The notes below the pieces were generated by a model that was not told the origin of the DNA, ran no database searches, and saw nothing but the letters and a program-made list of their open reading frames with translations. From positions 372,001-431,304 of the forward strand of contig JBODTK010000145.1 in assembly GCA_050613775.1 (NCBI GenBank): a stretch of DNA of 59,304 nt. The letters are read 5' to 3'. Shown piece by piece: positions 50,771-59,304 of this stretch (its first letter is position 1; every line of letters begins with the position of its first letter). The position numbers and the translations under genes were made by a program. This DNA is from Neocallimastix sp. 'constans' (lineage: Eukaryota).

Positions 50771-51146
50771 TGCTAACCCCTAACCCTAACCATGGTTCGA
50801 AATTTGTTATTACTGAATCATAATTTGAGTAACTTATTATAATTATTGAACATTTCTGGTTTTATTATATTTATATTCAGTGTTTTTAATATTGTAGATA
50901 TAATATATATGTTATCAATAATTTATGCTATTAGAATTATTAAAAATAAAAATATAATATATATTTTGATACTTATAATATTACTTTTTTAGGCTTATTG
51001 ATAATAAATTACCGAACTTTTTTTAATAAAGATAATAAATTACAGAACTTTTTTTAATAAATAATTTAAATTATTAAAAAATTGAATATTAATATGTAGT
51101 TTCTTATATTAACAAAAATTGTTATAAAATTTAAGGTTAAATTACA

Positions 51147-51501
51147 GTGTAGTGCATTTCGCAATCATGCATTTCTAAATGTGGCGTATTTTTGTATGTG
51201 GCTTCTTTTAATAATTAATTAAATAATAAATATTGTTTTTTTTATATATAATATATTAATATTCAATTGTAAAAATAATTTTTTATATAAAAAATATTTT
51301 TTTATAATTCTTTTTTAATAGAATATATAATAATTTCTTTTGAAATAGTTGTTTAATAATATTTAATTGTAAAAATATATTATTATTTCTTTTGAAATAA
51401 TATTTATTTATATATTTATTTATGATTGTTTAGAATATCTTAAAAATGTATGACTTTATTTTAAAATATTTATAAGTTACATTGCGAAATGCACTATCTC
51501 C
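51147..51501. mobile_element. MITE-like element (~350 bp) related to the MULE TIRs
   Basis: TAGTGCATTTCGCAAT (51150-51165) is perfectly inverted at 51481-51496. It shares the GTGCATTTCG core with the MULE right TIR. No clear TSD. Confidence 0.6.
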
Positions 51502-51791
51502 ACTTATTTTTAATTATTAATAATAAAATGATAGTTATAATATATATTACATGTTAATATATATTAATTTTTTTTTGATATTAATAATGTAATAAAACAA
51601 AAAAAAAAAACAAAAAAAAAAAAAATAATAAAAATAAAAATAAAAGTATAATTATTAAGATAAAAATATTATTATGTAATATAAATAAAGTATGACATTA
51701 TTATATTTCAGTATTTTATTATTGATTAATAATAAAAAATAAAAATGATAATATTTAATACATCTTATAAACTATTAAAAATAATTCAATA

Positions 51792-51860
51792 TCATGTTGG
51801 ATCCTCGACTCAGAAGCATCAATAAATATAACAAATAATATAAACTTATTGTCAAAATAA
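51792..51860 (+). pseudogene. Possible remnant of a copia aspartic protease
   Basis: Reads SCWILDSEASINITNNINLLS, resembling the copia WILDSGAS.H motif. A stop follows. Confidence 0.45.
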
Positions 51861-53164
51861 TAATAAAATTATCAATAATAAAAATAATAATAATAATAAA
51901 AATAGTAATAATAATAATAATTGTTAGAATATATGAAATATATGAAAGATAAGCTTCATATGTATTGAGACATATTGTAATTAAATTAATATGTAAGTAA
52001 GAATATATCAATATAAAACATTTAATTTTGAATAATTAAATAATAGTAACTCTTTATCATTAAATATGTTATTAAAGTTGACATAATTATAAACCATAAA
52101 TTCCTGATTCTTAAAAATAATAATTGACACATATTTCATATATTTCACATATTCTATCAAATACATATAATAAAAATTAGAATAAAAATAATAATAAAGA
52201 ATAATAAATAGATTAATAAATAATTGAATAGAGAAAATAAAAATAAATAAAATTAAATAAACTAATTTTTTTTATGAATAATTTATTAAAAAAGTTGATT
52301 ATAATAAATTAATAAAGTTTAAGTTGTAAATTTTTTTTATAATAATTTAAAAAATCAAAATTATGTTATATATTTTTAAATTTTGCTTTATTTTATTTAT
52401 TAATTTTTACTATTTATTTTTATTTTTTATTTTATTTTTTTTTTTTTAGGGTTAAATTGGTACTTTTAATTAAAAATAATAAATAAAGTAGATATAAAAT
52501 ATAAATATAAAAATTTTACATAAAATATACATAAAATTATTTTTTTTATTTTGTATATGTATTTTTTTTTTTTAAAGAAAATTTTTTATTAAAGAATATT
52601 AATATCAATTTTTTGATTTATACGTTGATTTATTAAGAATTCATTTATATATTTATTTTGTTGTAAATATTATCAATAAATTTATTGACATTATCTGATG
52701 CAGTGAAAAAATTGAGGTATACTTCTACAAATAAAAAGTTTAGTAAACTCTATAGAAATTAGAAAAAAAATAATACTAATACGAACACTGGACAGAAGAA
52801 TATATAAAATATAAAAACCATAAATAGAAAAATAAGGGGGTGTGTCATTTTGAAAATTTTTATTACATAAATTTGTATTTTGTTGTAGTGCATTTCGGAA
52901 AACATGGCGTATTATAATGTAATAAATAAATAAATGAATAAATAAATTATAAATGAATAAATAAATTTTTAAATAATAATAAAAATAATTAAGACAAACG
53001 TTTATTATGACTAAAAAAATTTTTTTTAGAAAATTAAATAAAAATATATATATATATATAATTACTACATATATATAATAATTATTATATTTTTTTTATT
53101 TTTATTTAAATATTATTAATTATTATTAATACATTAATACCTTGTTTATATTATCAACAGAAAA

Positions 53165-54370
53165 TACAGATTGAATAAAATAAAATAAAATGAATAGTAG
53201 AAACATAAATATAAGTACAGATTGAATAAAATAAAATAAAATAAAATAAAATAAAATAAAATAAAATAAAATAAAATAAAAATAAAATAAAATAAAATAA
53301 AATAAAATAAAATAAAATAAAATAAAATAAAATAAAATAAAATAAAATAAAATAAAATAAAATAAATAAAATAAAATAAAATAAAATAAAATAAAAATAA
53401 AATAAAATAAAATAAAATAAAATAAAATAAAATAAAATAAAATAAAATAAAATAAAATAAAATAAAAATAAAATAAAATAAAAATAAAATAAAATAAAAA
53501 GTAGAATATTAAATAAGAAAGTACAGATTGAATAAAATAAAATAAAATAAAATAAAATAAAATAAATAGATGAAATATAAATATAAAGTACAGATTGAAT
53601 AAAATAAAATAAAATAAAATAAAATAAAATAAAATAAAATAAAATAAAATAAAATAAAATAAAATAAAATAAAATAAAAAGTAGAATATTAAATAAGAAA
53701 GTACAGATTGAATAAAATAAAATAAAATAAAAAGTAGAATATTAAATAAGAAAGTACAGATTGAATAAAATAAAATAAAATAAAAAGTAGAATATTAAAT
53801 AAGAAAGTACAGATTGAATAAAATAAAATAAAATAAAAAGTAGAATATTAAATAAGAAAGTACAGATTGAATAAAATAAAATAAAATAAAAAGTAGAATA
53901 TTAAATAAGAAAGTACAGATTGAATAAAATAAAATAAAATAAAAAGTAGAATATTAAATAAGAAAGTACGGATTGAATAAAATAAAATAAAATAAAAAGT
54001 AGAATATTAAATAAGAAAGTACAGATTGAATAAAATAAAATAAAATAAAAAGTAGAATATTAAATAAGAAAGTACAGATTGAATAAAATAAAATAAAATA
54101 ACATAAAATAAAATATAATAAAATAAAATAAAATGAAATGAAATGAAATGAAATAAAATAAAATATAATAAAATAAAATATAATAAAATAAAATAAAATG
54201 AAATGAAATGAAATGAAATAAAATAAAATAAAATAAAATAAAATAAAATAAAATAAAATAAAATAAAATAAAATAAAATAAAATAAAATAAAATAAAATA
54301 AATAGTAGAATATTAAATAAGAAAGTACGGATTGAATAAAATAAAATAAAATAAAATAAAATAAAATAAA
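53165..54370. repeat. 53-bp minisatellite plus (AAAAT)n expansions inside the MULE
   Basis: Unit gtacagattgaataaaataaaataaaataaaaagtagaatattaaataagaaa recurs every 53 bp from 53701 to 54072. Flanking units have expanded AAAAT tracts. Confidence 0.9.
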
Positions 54371-55034
54371 ATAAAAAAAATATAATAATTATTTTATATA
54401 TATAGGAATCTTAGATATTTTAATTTTTTTTCATTTATTTTTCTAAAAAAAAAAATTTAGTTATAATAACGTTTGTCTTTTAATTATTATGTTTTATTAT
54501 AGTAAATAAAAAAATTTAAATGAAAAGTAAATAATTTTAATTATTTATAATTCATATTTTCATAAACGATATATATATATATTAATTTAAATGATATAAG
54601 AATTAAAAATTAAAACAATAAGAGTTGAATAATTGATCCTATTAAAATAATTAATTATTTGCATAGTAATATTTATAATGTTTGATCAATATGAATCAAT
54701 TATTATTAAAATATAATAATAACAATTATAATTTTAATAAAATAATAAAAATCTTTTATTGAATTTAATATTTTTAATAACATAATTAATTTTGAAAAGT
54801 ATATTGATATTAATAAAATTTATAATAATATAATATCGATATTAATATTAATAAAATTATTATATAATATTGATATTAATATTAATAAAATTTTAACTAG
54901 TATCAAATAAATCGGTTTTAGTTATAAGTTACTTAATAAAAATAACTAAAAGATCATTTCTATTAAGATTATTAAATAAACACAATAGGTAAATAAATTT
55001 GTATTTTTCTAGCATTTTTTTAAATTAAGATTAT

Positions 55035-56473
55035 TTATTTTAAATTAATATTTATATCGTTTAAATCAATTAAACATTCTTTCCTTAATTTAATTAATTC
55101 ATTTCTGTTGCATCCATTATAAAATAAATTTATCTCCTTACTTTTGTAATTTTCAATTAAAATTTTTTTAATTTCATCAGTTGCACTAAATATTTTTTGC
55201 TTTTTTTTTCCAAGTTCCTTTAGTTCTCCTTTGATAATCATTATAAGATAAGTTTTCTTCTTCTTTTAATATATATATTAATTTATAAAATAAAGGTTTA
55301 TTTGGAAATATATTATTTAAGTAGCTATTATAAGATTCTGATGCATTGTTTGTTAAATGCTCTATATTTTCATAATAATTCCAATTATTAACATTATACT
55401 TAAGTAAATAATTTTTATTAAAATATTCTAAAAATTGTAGAAAATTATTATACTTTTTTTTTTGACAAATTCTTTTTATTATAATATAAATATCAAATAT
55501 ATAGTTAGGGTTTATAAACGGTAAGTTCGAAATAGCTTTATAATAAATATATACATCATTATTATTCTTCACTTCATGATAACATAATATATTTTTTTGT
55601 TTTTCTAATGATCTTTTGTAATGCAAACACAATATTTAATATTTATATTGGGAAAAACTTTTTTTGCGGCATTAGATATACCTTGTTCAAAATCACAATG
55701 AAAATTAATTGTAGTAATTAATGTATTACTCCTAAATTTATTTGCATTTTTTTTTATTTCTTTAAATAATGTTTCATATGTAGATTGTTTTTTATTTTTT
55801 AATATAGAAATGGAAGTAGTGTAAAGCATATTAAATTCCCCAACATAAGTTCTTGTTATAAATAACTGATAACTAAATTTCGGTGCTGCATAAAATGTAC
55901 CGTCCGCAAATATATTTTTATGATAATTCGAAAATAAATATGCTTGGAATGGTAATTGAAAGATTATTAGATCTGTATTTTTAAATATCATAAAATTTTC
56001 ATTTCTTTTCGTTTTATAATATTCTGATTCAATGGGAATATCATCAAAACTTTTTATGTTTAGAGGAAATTGTTTATTTATATTTCTTATTATTTGGATC
56101 TAATTGTACTATATTCGGGACATATAAGTCCCATTTCTTGAGAAACGGCATTAAATATATGTTTAGGTTTTATATCCATAGGAATTGAATTTTTCTTAAT
56201 TTCTTCCTTAATTTTATGCTTTGCTTCTGATATAGACACATCAATTTCTTTTTCGAGATGGTTATGTAAACTTTCATATTTTAAAACCTCCTTTTTATCA
56301 TTTAAAATAATTAAAGATTTACATTTATTTAAAGTCTTATATTCAGTGCATCTATAAATTTTTGATTTATCTTTCCTTTGAAATGAAAAATTAAATTTGT
56401 GTTTTTTATTAATAATAATTTGTTCATTTCCTCGATTTGTTTCACTTATTTCAATTTCTATATTGTCTTCCAT
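55035..56473 (-). pseudogene. MULE DDE transposase with FLYWCH/WRKY-like Zn domain, ~479 aa if three 1-bp frameshifts are corrected
   Basis: Motifs YRC..Y....CKS...HNH, FADGTF..PK.SYQL, HCDFEQGISNA, KYCV(W)HY and TNNASESYNS. Four consecutive ORF pieces lie in shifting frames. Confidence 0.88.
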
Positions 56474-58145
56474 TAATAATTAAAATTTTTCAATAAAATA
56501 TTTTAATAAATATACTTTTAAATGCTTTGAAACTTTTTTTTTTTTTTAATATTTAAAATAATAAACCTTTTTTTAATTAATTATATAATTATTTATTATT
56601 TCTTTATTTACTATTTTATTTATTTTTATTTTTATTTTTTATTTTTATTTTTATTTTTATTTTTTATTTTTATTTTTATTTTTTATTTTTTATTTTTTAT
56701 TTTATTTTATTTTATTTTTTTTATTTTTTAATGCTTAAAAAATAAATTTTTATTTATTTTTATTTTATTTTTTAATGTTTAAAAAAGAAGTTTTCTTATT
56801 TCTTATTTTTTTTTTTTTATTTTTTAAGCATTAAGAAATAAAATGTTTATTTATTTTTATTTTGTTTTTTCAATGTTTAAAAAAAAGTTTTCTTATTTCT
56901 TATTTTTATTTTATTTTTTAAGCATTAAAAAATAAAATGTTTATTTATTTTTTATTTTATTTTTCAATGTTAAATAGAAATACCTAACCTAATTATTATT
57001 TATTGAAGTGTTGTATTTCGTCCAGTTGAATTTCGCCAAATTCTAGGTGGCTTATAAATTTTCGTCATAAAATATCACCACATTTATTATTCACGCCATA
57101 TTGTGAATATATGGCTTTTTAAAAATTGTAGAAAAAAGCCACAAAAATATGTTACAATTAGATCTACTCCCCACGTAAGATTACGTGTTTGAAAATTTTT
57201 GAGAATTGTAATTTTATTTATTTAATTAATTAATTATTATTCATTAAATTTTTAATAAAATTAAGTTGCATAAAATTAAAAATATTTAAGCCATACAACA
57301 AAATACAAATTTATGTAATAAAAATTTTCGAAATGCACACTCCCCGAAAAATAATACAAATATAAAAATAAATTAAAAAACTACCATCAATTAAAAAAAA
57401 CGATAAATAAAAAGTATAAAGAAATTTTAATATAAATTTTTACTCCATAGAATATTCGGAAAAAATCATTATTGGGGACATTGAATTGAACTTTAAAATA
57501 GATATAAAAACTTTAATTAATATAAAAAGTTATTACGATATATAAATATTAAAAGTATAATTTTAACAAAGAATAATTAAAGAATTAAAATTTCAAAATT
57601 ATAAATCACAATTTTACATTATTTTATTTTATTATAAAAAATTATGTAAAACATTTATTCCTATATTCTAATATTAATAAATATTATATTAGTTATCATT
57701 TAATATTAATTAAATATAACTTAATATAATGAAATATAATATAAAAATTTAAAGGTATTATTGATATTATGATATGAATTTATTTATTTTTGTTTTTAGT
57801 TTTATTAAAACATTGGATAATATTAAAAATGGTTTTATTTGCATTTATTTCTATATGTATATAAAGATATATTAAAATTTAATTAATATAAAATTTATTT
57901 AGATACTAGGATTTTACTTTATTAATAATAATTAATAATCTCTGAATTTTTTATGAAATTTTATAAACTTATAATCTTTTCTTTTTTTTTTTTTTTTTTA
58001 TTAAAAAAAGATTTGTGTTTAATAATATTTTTAAATGAAATTAATAGAGTAATTTACTTAATTAAATTTTTTCTTCTTTTTATTTTTATTTTTATTTTTT
58101 AGTATATAAATTATTTAAATTTCTTTGAAAACTTTTTTCTTGTTG

Positions 58146-59304
58146 TTATATAATTATTGGTCTTCTTTCAACAATAAACATGCTATCAAACAGAGCTAAT
58201 ATTTTAGGACCAATGAATAAAATATTCACCAAATTTAATATAGTTATAATTAACAATTGAACAATAAAATAGAATATTGTTGAAACTGTATTGGCGACAA
58301 CAATTGTATAACTAAAAAATAACTTTTAAAAAAAAATTTAGATTTAATTAATATTATGAGAATCAAATTATATTGCTAATAAATAAATAAATATATAAAA
58401 TATTTACAAGAAAACATGAACCTAAAGATATTAAAAATATTTTTTTGGACTAATGTTATATAATATATTATATATTGTTTATATTAAATATTTATTTCTT
58501 TAAATATGTGTATAGTTTATAAAATAAAAATTTTATAGATACTTACATCATTGTATTCATCAGGTACTAAAATTATTTAAATAAAAAAAAAAAAAAAAAA
58601 TAAAATAGTAAATAAATAAATAATTCATATATTTATTTAAAATAGTATCAATATGATTAAAAAATAACTAATAATATTAAAAATCTATATTTTACTATTT
58701 CTTCCTCGATAAGTATTAAGAATCGATATAATTAATAATATATAATCAATGAAAAAAATTGTATTTAAAATATATTTATTTCCCATGGAACATGTTTCAT
58801 AATTATAGTTTCCAATATTTTTAAAATTTACTGTATTAATATTTATTTTTTTACTTGTATATGTCCATATAATTAATAAAATCATTTGTAATATAAAAAT
58901 GAAAATATACAATATATAAAATTTATATTTATTCTCTGAGGTTAACTTTTTGTTATTATATACTGAATTAATTATTTCGGACTTGATTGAATATGAGCTT
59001 ATAAAAGTAGTAATCTTTTATATATATTAATAATAAATTTGATATATTAATTGTAATAATAATGTTATATAAAATTTCTTTTAGTAAAATATTAATAATA
59101 AATAATAAATAAAAAAATAAATAAAATAAAGTAAATAAATAAATAAATAATTAATTAATTAATAAAAAAATTTTTTTTACCCCAAATATTAATAACCAAA
59201 TTTTTAAAGTACAAAAAATTTCTTTTACTTCTCCAACCCAAAAAATTATAGAAATCTTAATTATTATGCTTGAAACTATTAAATTCATTAAAAATTTATA
59301 ACCT
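58146..59304 (-). CDS. Class C-like 7TM receptor copy C, 3' part only (5' part lies off the window)
   Basis: Reads FWVGEVKEIFCTLKIW, YSIKSEII, QMILLIIWT, ETCSMGN, YRGRN.PDEYND, SKKIF and LFIGPKIL. Same exon layout as copies A and B. TAA at 58148-58146. Confidence 0.75.

Larger units (their letters stand above)
52836..57345 (-). mobile_element. Complete Mutator-like (MULE) DNA transposon, 4510 bp
   Basis: About 52-bp TIRs at 52836-52887 and 57294-57345, starting GGGG. 9-bp TSD GAAAAATAA at 52827-52835 and 57346-57354. Internal transposase. Confidence 0.93.

Noticed and set aside
53165..54370. CRISPR-like regularly spaced repeats
   Set aside because: The intervening sequences are identical or simple AAAAT expansions, not unique spacers. 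There are no cas genes and the context is a eukaryotic transposon.

Overview
Extremely AT-rich, intron-dense eukaryotic DNA. GT-AG introns are full of (AAT)n, poly-A/T and (AT)n tracts. Composition and gene content point to an anaerobic gut fungus (Neocallimastigomycota); this is an inference. In order, the window holds: two tandem DUF3533/YhgE-Pip-like membrane protein genes (-); a CARM1/PRMT4-type arginine methyltransferase (-); an apparently complete tRNA-derived SINE with poly(A) tail and 13-bp target-site duplication; a ~23-exon UDP-glucose:glycoprotein glucosyltransferase ending in KDEL (+); a bacterial-type peroxiredoxin-glutaredoxin hybrid (PGdx) with one spliceosomal intron (-, strong horizontal-transfer candidate); a decayed Ty1/copia remnant with its 3' LTR; and at least three tandem class C-like 7TM receptor genes (-). 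In the two complete receptor copies the ectodomain resembles a bacterial ABC sugar-binding protein rather than a Venus flytrap domain. A complete 4.5-kb MULE transposon (52-bp TIRs, 9-bp TSD), a related MITE and further SINE fragments lie between the receptor genes. All family calls come from motif recognition by eye, with no database search. Exon boundaries were hand-traced and some internal ones are approximate.
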